Source: Latescibacteria bacterium UBA6620
GTDB lineage: Bacteria; Latescibacterota; UBA2968
DNA length: 64,000 nt
NCBI GenBank assembly: GCA_002433075.1
Contig: DJHM01000011.1
Location: forward strand, 216,522 to 280,521
Direction: 5' to 3'
Part shown: one piece after another, positions 46,346 to 56,417 of the stretch
How positions within the stretch are numbered: the stretch's first letter is position 1
Layout: each line of letters begins with the position of its first letter
Program-made: the position numbers and the translations under genes
The notes under the pieces: generated by a model
The model's input: only the letters and a program-made list of their open reading frames with translations
Told to the model about the DNA's origin: nothing
Database searches by the model: none

Positions 46346-47530
46346 TTGAAGATCAAAGAGATTCGTGCCGCTGTCGTCGACCTGACACCCGAAGGCAAAA
46401 CAGAGCCACGTGTGCCCGAGTTGAAGACGGACGGTTTCACGAGCCCAATGGCAAGATACCCGGATTTCAAACAAGGCGATTGGAATCCCGGTTGGGGGCG
46501 TGTCGCGTGTGTGGTGACAGCAGAAGACGGGACCTGGGGGCTGGGCCTCACAACACACAGCGGCCCTGTCGTCAGTCTGATCAACGATCATTTCGCGCCG
46601 CTGCTCGTCGGACAGGATTGTACGGGGACGGAGAAAGCGTGGGACCTGATGCGCCGGGCCTCGGCCCAATACCACACCGCCGGCCTGGCCAGCTACGCGA
46701 TCAGTGCAGTCGACAACGCACTGTGGGACCTCAAGGGAAAGCTGCTGGGATGTCCTGTGTATACCCTTCTTGGGGGGCCCCAGAAAGAGAAGATCTTCTG
46801 CTACGCCAGCAACACGATCCTCTCCTACGGCACGCAGAACAGCATCGAATGGTTCCTGGAGTTGGGATTCAAGGCCGTGAAGCTTTTCGCTCGCCACGGG
46901 CCGGAGTCGGACCTCGAAGGGATTCGGAAGACGGAGGAACTGGTCGCCCGTACCCGGGAGCAGATTGGAGACGATGTCGAGCTCATGCTGGATGCCTGGA
47001 TGTCCTTCAACGTGGAGTATGTCGTGAGGCTCGTCGAAGCGCTGAAGCCTTACCGCCTGAAATGGCTGGAGGACTACCTGCTACCCGAGGACATGGACAG
47101 CTACATCAAAGTACGTCAGAGAGTGCCGGATCAGATCCTAGCCACCGGCGAACACTGGTATACGATTCACCCTTTCGCGCTGGCCGCCGGCCAGGGCCTG
47201 GTGGACATCCTCCAACCCGATGTCGCCTGGGCAGGTGGTATTACCGCACTGGTCCGCATCTGCCACATCGCCGAAGCGCACGGCTTGTCGGTGATCGCTC
47301 ACGGCGGGATGAACTATCCGTATGGCCAGCATCTCTCCTACGCAATGCCGGCCATCCAGTGGGGAGAACGTTCTGAAGGCGTATCGCCACCCGGCGTTCC
47401 GCTCGAGGAGAGGGTCATCCTTCCCGGGACTCCGGTGATCAAGGACGGCTATGTGACCCCAAGCGATGCGCCCGGATTCGGGATCGAAGTGACGAAGGAG
47501 TGGCTGGAGGAAAGGACATTGAGCACATGA
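46346..47530 (+). CDS. enolase-superfamily dehydratase (rhamnonate/galactonate-dehydratase-like)
   Basis: 394 aa; AVDNALWDLKGK, KLFA, metal-ligand D/E spacing. Confidence 0.85.
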   Translation: MKIKEIRAAVVDLTPEGKTEPRVPELKTDGFTSPMARYPDFKQGDWNPGWGRVACVVTAEDGTWGLGLTTHSGPVVSLINDHFAPLLVGQDCTGTEKAWDLMRRASAQYHTAGLASYAISAVDNALWDLKGKLLGCPVYTLLGGPQKEKIFCYASNTILSYGTQNSIEWFLELGFKAVKLFARHGPESDLEGIRKTEELVARTREQIGDDVELMLDAWMSFNVEYVVRLVEALKPYRLKWLEDYLLPEDMDSYIKVRQRVPDQILATGEHWYTIHPFALAAGQGLVDILQPDVAWAGGITALVRICHIAEAHGLSVIAHGGMNYPYGQHLSYAMPAIQWGERSEGVSPPGVPLEERVILPGTPVIKDGYVTPSDAPGFGIEVTKEWLEERTLST

Positions 47531-47639
47531 ACATTGAGCATTTAGCAGAGAACATAGAACGTGTTGAACGTCCTTGTAGCGACCGTGACATCGGCCTGCG
47601 CGACAAGGCCACGATGCCCCAGGAGCAACGCTGCGAGTC

Positions 47640-48359
47640 ATGATCGTACACCTGATCGACGGAACTTACGAGCTGTTTCGCCATTTCTACGGCCTTCGGC
47701 GAGGTACGAAGGGCGAGGATCGGCAGCTGGGTGCGGTGAGAGGCGTTCTCGGAACCGTGCTGAAGATGATCGAAGACGGGGCCACCCACATCGGCGTAGC
47801 GACCGACCACGTGATCGAATCATTCCGGAACGACCTCTGGCCCGGCTACAAGACTGGAGCCGGAATCGATCCAACGCTATGGGCCCAGTTCAAACCGCTG
47901 GAGGAAGCGCTGGAGGCGATGGGCGTCCGGGTCTGGCCGATGGTAGAGCTCGAAGCGGACGACGCCCTGTGCTCGGCCGCACTCCAGGCGGAGACGGATG
48001 ACCGGGTCGACAAGGTCTGCATCTGGACTCCGGACAAGGATCTGGCGCAATGCGTCCGGGGTGACCGGGTCGTGCAGATCGACAGGCGGAAGAACATCAT
48101 CCGGGACGCCTCGGGGGTCCGCATCAAGTTTGGCGTCGATCCCGAACAGATCCCCGACTACCTCGCGCTCGTGGGAGACTCGGCGGACGGTTTCCCCGGC
48201 ATCCGCGGAATCGGGCCGAAGACGGCAGCGCGTCTACTCGAGGAATACGGATCCATCGATTCGTTCCCACCAGAGGTCATCGGAGAGAACGATCGGAAAG
48301 ACGCTCTTCTGTTCAAGGACCTTGGCGACCCTTCGGGAGGATGCGAGCGTCTTCGATGA
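47640..48359 (+). CDS. 5'-3' exonuclease/flap-endonuclease domain protein (ExoIX/YpcP-like)
   Basis: 239 aa; LIDGTYELFRHFY, ELEADDAL, LVGDSADGFPGIRGIGPKTAARLLEEYGS (H3TH). Confidence 0.75.
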   Translation: MIVHLIDGTYELFRHFYGLRRGTKGEDRQLGAVRGVLGTVLKMIEDGATHIGVATDHVIESFRNDLWPGYKTGAGIDPTLWAQFKPLEEALEAMGVRVWPMVELEADDALCSAALQAETDDRVDKVCIWTPDKDLAQCVRGDRVVQIDRRKNIIRDASGVRIKFGVDPEQIPDYLALVGDSADGFPGIRGIGPKTAARLLEEYGSIDSFPPEVIGENDRKDALLFKDLGDPSGGCERLR

Positions 48360-48841
48360 TGTAGAGGAGCTGAGATGGAGGGGAGCTGGAGACTGTTTCA
48401 AGGTGTGGGTGGAGCAACTGGGCATGACAAGCTTGCCGCCGGTTCCCAGCTCCTCCTGAATTGAACCCGCCGATATATGCCGAAGGACTCAGATTCGACC
48501 CTGAACACCGAGGTTGGTTCTGAGAAAACAGTTACGGTTGCGACTGAACCTGAATGGTTCCTCCGCCATCTCTCAGATCGCCTCCTCCGAAGTAAAGAGG
48601 TGGATCGGATGCTGAACGCCTGAGTTGAAAATTGATGAAATCTTCCCTGCCGTATCGGTCGCCATCGCGAAGGGTAGCAAAGAAGAAGATGGATACCGAC
48701 CCCCCGGCTTTTCGGTGATCACTTCACACGCGCCGTCGAGTGCCAGAACCATTTGGACGGGGACTTCCTTGACAACGATCCATCTGAGGGGACTACCCTT
48801 CCCTTTCACCCTCAATTGGCGCCCTGACAAGCCCAGTTCGC

Positions 48842-49174
48842 TCAACGCCGCAGCGGCGAATCCAGAGCCGTGATCGACAGCGTGAAAGTTAGCATCGATG
48901 CCAGCCGGCCCGCTCTGCGCAAGCTGACATTGAAGTTGATATATGCGCTACCGAATCCGTTGAATGGCGACATGACCGTATAGCCTGCGCCGCTGGCTAT
49001 GACCGGGCTGCTGGCAGCTCGTTTACTTAAGACACGATTCTCTTCGGGTGCAGTTGGTTGAGTCATTTGATCAGAACACCCGACAAGAGCAATAGTCGCG
49101 CAGAGAAGAAAGGGAATAGAAACAGGAACGGTCACGTGGGTACCTTTCACTTTAAGAGCTGGTCTGGCTGTCAT
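48842..49174 (-). CDS. putative lipoprotein
   Basis: 110 aa; signal peptide with lipobox (LLCATIALVGC|S). Lower-GC region. A second ORF (48573..48845) overlaps by ATGA and may be a continuation. Confidence 0.3.
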   Translation of the reverse strand: MTARPALKVKGTHVTVPVSIPFLLCATIALVGCSDQMTQPTAPEENRVLSKRAASSPVIASGAGYTVMSPFNGFGSAYINFNVSLRRAGRLASMLTFTLSITALDSPLRR

Positions 49175-49416
49175 CTTTGTTCGGCCACATTCACCCTAGC
49201 AAGCGCATCACAGTGCCAGGACGACGACTCCTCGAGTCATAGGCACGTCCATGAGCTTGTTCCCGGCCATTACCCGACTCACCAACAGCTCTACACATAC
49301 GAAGGAATATAGGTCAAGTTGGTCTCATCCTTGTAATCCACACAAAGTTGCTCAACCCGCTTTGGTGTAGGCCAAAAGCTTGTTTCCGCCGACTGACAGA
49401 GCCCGGCATCAGGCCC

Positions 49417-50565
49417 TTACTCACCCGAGTCCTCACCCGCTGCTGCAGCCTGTTTCTCCAGTTCGCCTCTCCACCCCACGACCTGCCCTGACTTGATGTT
49501 CTTGATGTCCCATTCCGCGTAGCGATCCTCGAGCGTATCCCCGAGTTTCTCCGTCTCCGCCCATCGATCCCACGCGGTCTTCATCCATTCGTGAGAAAGC
49601 GCTTCGCGAACGGCCGGATCGTGCTGCCAGGCCCAACGCGCGTCGGTTACTTTGGGCTCACCCTCGAATGGACCGTCCCATCTTGACCAGCCGATGGCCA
49701 GCGAATTGCGCTCGCGACCAGGCACCGTGTGGCCGGTGTGAATGTTCGTGCCGACCCGAATCAAGGCCTGCCCCTCCTTGAGCCGCACCGCGGTCTGGCC
49801 GGGAATCGGACTCTCCCCATCCCAGCTGGGCGTGTGAGGCACACCCGCTTCCTTCATGGTTTTGGGTAACAGGACGTCGTGTTCGAACGGCGTTCGCCAT
49901 CGATCGTGGCTTCCGGGAACGATCTCGTGGCACTCGTCGTCTACCAGGGCTAGGAAGATGCCCACACTGTCTCGCTTTTCGATCTGTTTGTGGTTCCGCT
50001 CCCGAATCTTCTCCCAAGCCACCCTCTCGGCCTCTTCAGAATACGCCTCGGGATCCGGAGGCCCGCCCTCCTGGGAATTTCCGCGCTCGCCCTCCCCCCA
50101 CCAGACCGCATCTCGATGCCATCCGAGCCGGTGTTCGTGCTTTGGATTGTTGCACCAGAGCAGGATCGTGGTAAGTGTCGTGTCTTCCGGCCGCAGACCG
50201 TCGCACCAGCCCTCGACGAACGCCGTGAACTCTTCGGAGCCTTGGAACTCGGCGAAGGAGGGCTCGCCGAACGCCGGATGAATGATTCCGCGGATCGCCC
50301 ACGGTTCGTCCTCCTCCGTTCTATGCACATATCCCTTCGACGTATCGATCACGTCGTAGCCCTTCTCCGGCCGACACGCTTCGGTCACGCGACGGCCCGC
50401 TTCACGCAGGATGGGGATCCAGTCGCTACCGACGAAATCATCGATGATGACGACGCTCGTCTCCCGCAGAGCATCGAGACGGGCCTCAGTGGCCCCCTTG
50501 CCTGACCATTCGGGCTGGAAATCAATGAACGCAGGGGCGCGATAGACGGTAGTGGAACCGGCCAT
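49417..50565 (-). CDS. divergent PhyH-superfamily-like oxygenase (paralogue of 6638..7834)
   Basis: 382 aa; WHRD, IHTGHTV; long identical blocks with 6638..7834. Confidence 0.5.
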   Translation of the reverse strand: MAGSTTVYRAPAFIDFQPEWSGKGATEARLDALRETSVVIIDDFVGSDWIPILREAGRRVTEACRPEKGYDVIDTSKGYVHRTEEDEPWAIRGIIHPAFGEPSFAEFQGSEEFTAFVEGWCDGLRPEDTTLTTILLWCNNPKHEHRLGWHRDAVWWGEGERGNSQEGGPPDPEAYSEEAERVAWEKIRERNHKQIEKRDSVGIFLALVDDECHEIVPGSHDRWRTPFEHDVLLPKTMKEAGVPHTPSWDGESPIPGQTAVRLKEGQALIRVGTNIHTGHTVPGRERNSLAIGWSRWDGPFEGEPKVTDARWAWQHDPAVREALSHEWMKTAWDRWAETEKLGDTLEDRYAEWDIKNIKSGQVVGWRGELEKQAAAAGEDSGE

Positions 50566-50807
50566 TAAGTTTCTCCTGGTGCGAAAACGGAGGTCGCAAA
50601 CTCCGAGGACGTTTCGATCACAATGCCATCTGTATCGTTCGTTCGCAAGGATATTGTCACACAGCGGGGGCGATCATCCACCCTGAACGGAACGGTAAAG
50701 ATCCAGACGATCTGAAGGAGCTTTCTCTACCTGGCAGCTGTTGCGTAAGTTCCCTTCTAATTCAGAACGTAACTGCTTTGAGCATGGACTCATGGGGGAC
50801 CCAGACA

Positions 50808-51647
50808 ATGCCGGACCGCGCCGATGCCCACATTCACCTTTTCGAAGGTGGCTTTCAGGGAAATTCATTTGTCAAACGATTGGGAATGCCCATCGACGAA
50901 GCAGTCTGTTACCACTCACTGGCAGCCGACCACGACGTCAAAGCGGCTCTGATTGTAGGGTATGCAGATGAGCCGTGGTGCGAAGGAAACCACGGCTACC
51001 TCGTGGACATGGCGGCTCGATACGACTGGGTGCGTCCCGCGACCTACATCGACGCAACATCCCCCCCGACGGTCAACGATCTCGAGCGTTACCGGTCACA
51101 GGGATTCGTGGGAATCACCTTCTATATCTCCGGACCCGAACGGGTCGCCGCGCTGAAAGCCATTCCCGATGTGTTCTGGGACTGGATCGTGGTTCACCGA
51201 TGGTTGGTCAGCGTAAACTCAAAAGGCGAAGACTGGACGGCCTGGCAGCACGCCCTGGATCGGCATCCTCAGTTGCGTGTGCTCGTGTCACACCTGGGGC
51301 TACCGCCTCAAGTGAGCCATCCCCCTTCTCCCGATGAGACCCGGAGCTCGTTGGCTTCCGTTCTCTCCCTAGCGGCCTATTCGGAGGTTCGTGTGAAGCT
51401 CAGCGGTTTCTACGCCCTCTCCGATCCTGGCTCCGACTTCCCGCATCGTGCGGCCTGGCCTTATGTCGAAGCCCTGATCGACAGCTTCGGAACGGATCGC
51501 CTGCTCTGGGCATCTGACTTCTCGCCGTGTCTCGACAATCTCAGTTTCCCACAGACTTTCGGACTGTTTTCTCACATGCCTTTCCTCAATGATTCGGATC
51601 GAGCAAAGATCGAAGGCCGTAATCTGCTCGCACTGCTCGACGCTTGA
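50808..51647 (+). CDS. amidohydrolase-2 family metal-dependent hydrolase
   Basis: DAHIHLF metal-binding motif at the N-terminus, TIM-barrel hydrolase layout. Alternative start at 50778. Confidence 0.75.
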   Translation: MPDRADAHIHLFEGGFQGNSFVKRLGMPIDEAVCYHSLAADHDVKAALIVGYADEPWCEGNHGYLVDMAARYDWVRPATYIDATSPPTVNDLERYRSQGFVGITFYISGPERVAALKAIPDVFWDWIVVHRWLVSVNSKGEDWTAWQHALDRHPQLRVLVSHLGLPPQVSHPPSPDETRSSLASVLSLAAYSEVRVKLSGFYALSDPGSDFPHRAAWPYVEALIDSFGTDRLLWASDFSPCLDNLSFPQTFGLFSHMPFLNDSDRAKIEGRNLLALLDA

Positions 51648-51971
51648 GCGCTGCTTGTTGGGGGAGCGCGTTGCGGGGATGCACGAGATCGCGCTCGCAG
51701 GATCCCACGTGTTCGCGGACTCCACCAGGGCTGTACCGAGTCCTCGTCGGCGCCACGACGGATGTACCATCACGTAGAGGTTGTGAGAACCGGAGCGATA
51801 GCCTGGGGTGTGGAAGATGGCCCAATGGGCGACGGGAGCATCAGACCCGGGCTCGAGTGCGACGAGTTGCCGGCTATGGGGTTCGCGAAGACGGTCGAAG
51901 TCAAAGGCTGGATCGAAGTCCCGGATCGCCGTGATGTCTGCGGAGGTCGCATTCCGGATGACGTCTGTCAA
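51369..51971 (-). CDS. GNAT-family N-acetyltransferase (N-terminal ~100 aa convincing; C-terminus doubtful)
   Basis: YVMVHPSWRRRGLGTALVE is GNAT motif A. The ORF tail overlaps the amidohydrolase gene convergently by 279 bp and does not look GNAT-like. Confidence 0.4.
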   Translation of the reverse strand: MTDVIRNATSADITAIRDFDPAFDFDRLREPHSRQLVALEPGSDAPVAHWAIFHTPGYRSGSHNLYVMVHPSWRRRGLGTALVESANTWDPASAISCIPATRSPNKQRSSVEQCEQITAFDLCSIRIIEERHVRKQSESLWETEIVETRREVRCPEQAIRSEAVDQGFDIRPGRTMREVGARIGEGVETAELHTNLRIGR

Positions 51972-52087
51972 GGCAAGCCTCTGGGTACCGGTCGTGGGAA
52001 CGAAGTGTGCGCCTATCCCACATGACGAATCTGAGACCTTCAGGGCTTCAGATCAGATGCGCCTTCACCTGCGAACCAGGAGTGCTT

Positions 52088-53080
52088 TCAGGGCTCTATC
52101 AGAATCTTGCAGCAGCTGTCGGGGTCACAGGCCAGTTCGAAAGCGTCTCGTGCGTCAGCGAGGGGAAATCGATGTGTGACGAGTCTCAGGATTTCACTCC
52201 CCCGCGACCCCAAAATCTCGATCGCCTCCGAGGCATAGGCATCCAGCGGCGCCCCCGTCATCCCCAGCACTTTCAGGCCCTTCGTCACAACGCTCATCAA
52301 CGGAATGCCAACCGCCGTACGGGAGAGCGCAACCATCATAAGCGTGCCCCCTCGAGCGACAATCTCCACAGCCTGAGCGATGGAGTCCTCTGAGCCGGCG
52401 CATTCAATCACAATGTCGGCGCCCTGGTCCGCATTCACGGCGGCCCTGAGTCGTTCCAGCCCATCATCGCCCCCGGATTCGACGGTTCGCGCCCCGAGGG
52501 ACTCGGCAATGTCGCGCCGGAGGCTCGACGGCTCACTCACCACGATGTCCGTGTGCCCGTGAGCTTGGGCAGCCAGCAGTACACAGAGCCCGATGGTGCC
52601 CCCACCCAGGATGACAATGTGGGGACGAGCATCCGGCCCAGAGGACGGCGTACACTGTTTCAGCGCGTTCAGTCCTACCGTGACCGGCTCGATGAGTGAG
52701 ATCAGCGCGGGATCTAGGGCTTCACTCTCTGTTGCAGCGCCGAGTGAGATCAGATTGCGATCCGCATCCAGTATCAGCAGGTACTCCGCAAAGGCGCCTC
52801 CGTGCTCGACCCAGCTGGGATGACCAGTCACCCACTCGCCGGGCTTAAAACCAGTGACGTGTTCCCCAACGGTGACCACCTCTCCCGCGAACTCGTGACC
52901 CGAGTTCAGAGGATAACGAAACCGGCTTCCATACGCGTCGACGAGGTATCGGTGAACGTCAGATCCACAAATGCCACAGGCGTGGATCCGTAGCAGCGCG
53001 TCGTCAGCACCGACTTCCGGAATCGGGACCCGGTTCACATCCAACCTCCGCGGACCCTGTATCTCCGCGGTCATCATTGA
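52088..53080 (-). CDS. zinc-dependent medium-chain alcohol/polyol dehydrogenase
   Basis: Start at MMTAEIQG. LRIHACGICGSDVH zinc motif; GGGTIGLCVLLAA Rossmann motif. Confidence 0.85.
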   Translation of the reverse strand, partial: SMMTAEIQGPRRLDVNRVPIPEVGADDALLRIHACGICGSDVHRYLVDAYGSRFRYPLNSGHEFAGEVVTVGEHVTGFKPGEWVTGHPSWVEHGGAFAEYLLILDADRNLISLGAATESEALDPALISLIEPVTVGLNALKQCTPSSGPDARPHIVILGGGTIGLCVLLAAQAHGHTDIVVSEPSSLRRDIAESLGARTVESGGDDGLERLRAAVNADQGADIVIECAGSEDSIAQAVEIVARGGTLMMVALSRTAVGIPLMSVVTKGLKVLGMTGAPLDAYASEAIEILGSRGSEILRLVTHRFPLADARDAFELACDPDSCCKILIEP

Positions 53081-53342
53081 TTTTTCAGATGTCGTATCGG
53101 AGTTCGGCAATTTTGCGGCCCTTCCTTCGTGAGTTCGCGTGATTCGATACGGCGTCCATATTCCTCGTCGCTGTGTGATGCGGCGGGCTCATTGGTCACC
53201 CCAAGAGACCCAATCGTGGACCCCTCGGCTGCGCTCGGGGCAGGCTCTTCAGCCCGCGTTTCGCCCGCCTGTTGTTGCGGTTACCCAGCCTGTTGGGATA
53301 GGCTCTACGATCGCGGACCCTTGGCCCACCTTCGCCGCCTAT

Positions 53343-54587
53343 TCAGATCGCAACCAGGCTTCTGAAATCCCGTACGGTATGGAACGTAATCAGGTTTCCG
53401 TCGTGAGCGTTTTTGGCTCGATGATCTCCCGAACGGGACAGGATGTGCAGATCATCACCGTCCGTCACCATGCTGGCGTAGTGCCTGGACTCCCCTGCCG
53501 TGTTCCCCTTCGCCACAATGCCAGCCGGGATCCAGTCGATACAGTTCCTCGAGTAATGAAGGCCCTGCACATGGCGTTCGTTGTTCGGGAGATTGTATCG
53601 ATTTTCCGGCATCTGCTCCGGTTTGCAGGCACTGTCCGTGGCAATGCTTCCCAGCAGCCAGAACAGCTGTGTGGGCTCGTCGTACAGAATATGGAAGCGC
53701 ATCTGGCCGCCAGGGCACGGTACATAGAGGAAGGGTTGCCCGGCAGGCGTCTGCTCCAGCATCGTCGTCATCTGCCCGTTCTCATCCTCTACCACCTTTG
53801 CCACGCATGCCAACCCTGTCCCACCTGTGTGGGCCCTCATCCAGAGATGGAACCTACGTCCTGATGGATCGTGCCAGACGTGATCGGGGTCGAGGAACTG
53901 AACCACGTTGCTCTCCAGCCACCCGATGGGGTTCATCTTACGCCCCTCGCTCACGGTTCCCGGATTGAAGAACGGAACCGGCACATTCCCGAGTGTCGCC
54001 TCCACCTCATAGAACGGTAGCTCGCTCGCGAACGTCCAGCTCGCAGCCTCTGTAAGATCGGCGCTCAAAGGTCCCTTCATCAATACGGGTGCCAGTTCGC
54101 TGACATACCAGCCCGGGTGATCGAATCGTGTTCTCCGTTCCATCACCAGATAGACCGCATCGTTGGCGTAGATCACGTTACACGCCGACTGGTGCCAGAA
54201 CTGATCCGACGTAAGCTCGACCGGACCAGACCACGTCACTCCCCCATCGTCGCTGGCGATGATCGTCAGATCGGAATTGTGTCCGAGTACGTAGACCCGG
54301 TCGCCCGCCACAAAAGGCCGAGCGTGCATGAACGGAAAGCGTGTCCGCTCGACCCAGGTGGCTCCGTGGTCGTCCGACGTCCAGACGATCCCCTGCCAGG
54401 GGTTCCTGCCATCGCCCAGAAGGCCTTTCGGCCCCTCCAGGTCCGCCACACCGGGCCCGCCCTGGTCCATCGTGGCGACCAACCGTCCAGATCTGAGTCG
54501 ACAGATGCCGGGCGTATACGCGTAGAGCCGATCCGGATCCACCGACTCGTAGAGCACGTGATGTTCGTTTGCCAACAGTTCTGCCAA
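53343..54587 (-). CDS. BNR/Asp-box repeat sialidase-like glycosidase
   Basis: 414 aa; Asp-boxes SDDHGATW, SDDGGVTW. Confidence 0.75.
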   Translation of the reverse strand: MAELLANEHHVLYESVDPDRLYAYTPGICRLRSGRLVATMDQGGPGVADLEGPKGLLGDGRNPWQGIVWTSDDHGATWVERTRFPFMHARPFVAGDRVYVLGHNSDLTIIASDDGGVTWSGPVELTSDQFWHQSACNVIYANDAVYLVMERRTRFDHPGWYVSELAPVLMKGPLSADLTEAASWTFASELPFYEVEATLGNVPVPFFNPGTVSEGRKMNPIGWLESNVVQFLDPDHVWHDPSGRRFHLWMRAHTGGTGLACVAKVVEDENGQMTTMLEQTPAGQPFLYVPCPGGQMRFHILYDEPTQLFWLLGSIATDSACKPEQMPENRYNLPNNERHVQGLHYSRNCIDWIPAGIVAKGNTAGESRHYASMVTDGDDLHILSRSGDHRAKNAHDGNLITFHTVRDFRSLVAI

Positions 54588-54638
54588 GGAGATCCTCCAG
54601 TGCGGCTCGGATGCAAGGACGGAAGCAGGGATAGATGT

Positions 54639-54956
54639 TCAGCTTCTGGAGATGAGATGGACGATGTTCGCGGGACTGCTGATCCAGCAACCCTCGAATC
54701 CTTCGGGCAAGGGTTCGATCTCGTCACACCGAACCACCTCTTCCTGTTCGAGATACTCTTTGGCGACCGTCACGTCGGGCGTGTCCACCTGTAGCCACAA
54801 TTCGGCTTGACTCACCGTGGCAACGCGGTCGAGCCAAAGCTGGACCGCGCCGAACTGGAACCCGCACATTTCGGGTTCCTGCTTCAGCGGGGGCAAGCTC
54901 AGTGTATCGCGGTAAAAGGCGACTGTCTGGTCGAACTCGTGCGGTGGAAGCTTCAT
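54639..54956 (-). CDS. VOC/glyoxalase-like small protein
   Basis: Start at MKLPPHEF. A betaalphabetabetabeta-like pattern with conserved acidic residues. Confidence 0.4.
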   Translation of the reverse strand: MKLPPHEFDQTVAFYRDTLSLPPLKQEPEMCGFQFGAVQLWLDRVATVSQAELWLQVDTPDVTVAKEYLEQEEVVRCDEIEPLPEGFEGCWISSPANIVHLISRS

Positions 54957-55057
54957 CGCGATGTTCTTCCCGCCTTCAAAGTGAGACCGCGATCGATTCA
55001 TCCACTTCTCCCACGATGACAGACTCGCCCAAAGGGGCCCAACCGCTGAGCCCCCAC

Positions 55058-56223
55058 TCAATGGTGGAAAAGTCTTACGCCTGAAAGAACCATCGCCATC
55101 CCGTATTCATCGCACGCCTGTTTCACCTGGTCGTCCGCGATAGAACCCCCGGGTTGCACGACGTACTGAACCCCACTTCGCCTCGCGCGATCGACGTTGT
55201 CTCTGAAAGGCAGGTGACCATCGGAGCTGAGGACAACGTCCTCGAGCCCTCGAAGCCACGACGTCTTCTCTGTCCGGGACAGCCTCTTCGGAATCTCCTG
55301 AAAAGCACTTTTCCACACGCGCTCTTCTGCGACGGTCAGACGTCCATCAAATGCTGATCGATCGCGTTGTCCTTATACGAACGTTTCAGACCTTTCCTGA
55401 AGGACAGCGCCAGTACGGATGGATGTTGACGGAGATACCAGGCGTCTGCCTTCGCCGACGCAATCCGGGTGCAGTGAATTCGTGACTGCTGACCCGCTCC
55501 GATTCCGATCACCTGGCCATCGTGCGCGAGGCAGACCGCATTCGACTGGGTGTATTTCACCGCGATGGTTGCAACGAGCATATCCCGAAAGGCCAATTCC
55601 GGTTCCCGAAGACCACATTTTGCACTACCCCAGGTGAAAGCACCAGATCATTTCGGCGCTGTCGCAGCACCAGGCCGAACACATCCCTGAATTCGCTGTC
55701 GTCAGGTACGTATCGAGGGTCCATCTGAAGCACCACATACTTCCCCGAGAATTTCTTCCGCAGGATTTCCAGCGCGGTGGCTTCATACCCTGGCGCGATT
55801 ACGCCGCAGGAAAACTCACGTCTCAGCAATCTTGCCGTAGAGGAATCGACCGGTTCGCTGAGGGCGACCCAGTCTCCGTAGGATGAAACGCGGTCCGCTC
55901 CCCGAGCCCTGGCATACGCACAGGCCAACGGAGAAAGTTCCAGGTCGTCAACGAAGTAAGCACGTTTCAGGTGATCGCTTAGAGGTAAGCCCACCGCAGC
56001 CCCAGCGGGACTCACGTGCTTGAAGGACGTGGGCGGATGGGAGCCCCGTCGCGGAGCTGAGCTCCTGCACCAGCTGCCACGATTGCAGGGCATCCAGCGG
56101 ATTTACGTATCCGGGCGCGCCGTTGAGCACCTGGAATGACAACGAATCCATCTCTCGGTGGACCGAGGCGGGTTGTTGATGGGGATTGCATCCGTATCTC
56201 AACGTCAGCTGATCCGCGCTCAT
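55058..56223 (-). pseudogene. purH: AICAR transformylase domain of PurH, broken into four frames
   Basis: Four successive minus-strand ORFs in three frames carry contiguous PurH AICARFT sequence: [12 protein letters not shown]; [11 protein letters not shown]...; [33 protein letters not shown]; LSSDGHLPFRDNVDRARRSGVQYVVQPGGSIADDQV...MAMVLSGVRLFHH. No IMP-cyclohydrolase (MGS-like) domain lies upstream. Confidence 0.6.
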
Positions 56224-56417
56224 CTCCTACCTCCGAAGGAAAACGCCCAAACCCCTCATACAGGGGCCCAGGCGCGCGGCATACAGCTCAATCTCTGACC
56301 CAACGCTCCACCGTGGTTCATTCCACGTCGAATCGCCAGTTACGTCGGGTACGTGGTTGACTCAGAATATAGAGAAGTCCCCTACCAGGGGCACATCGCA
56401 TTTACCTGGAGATTAGA

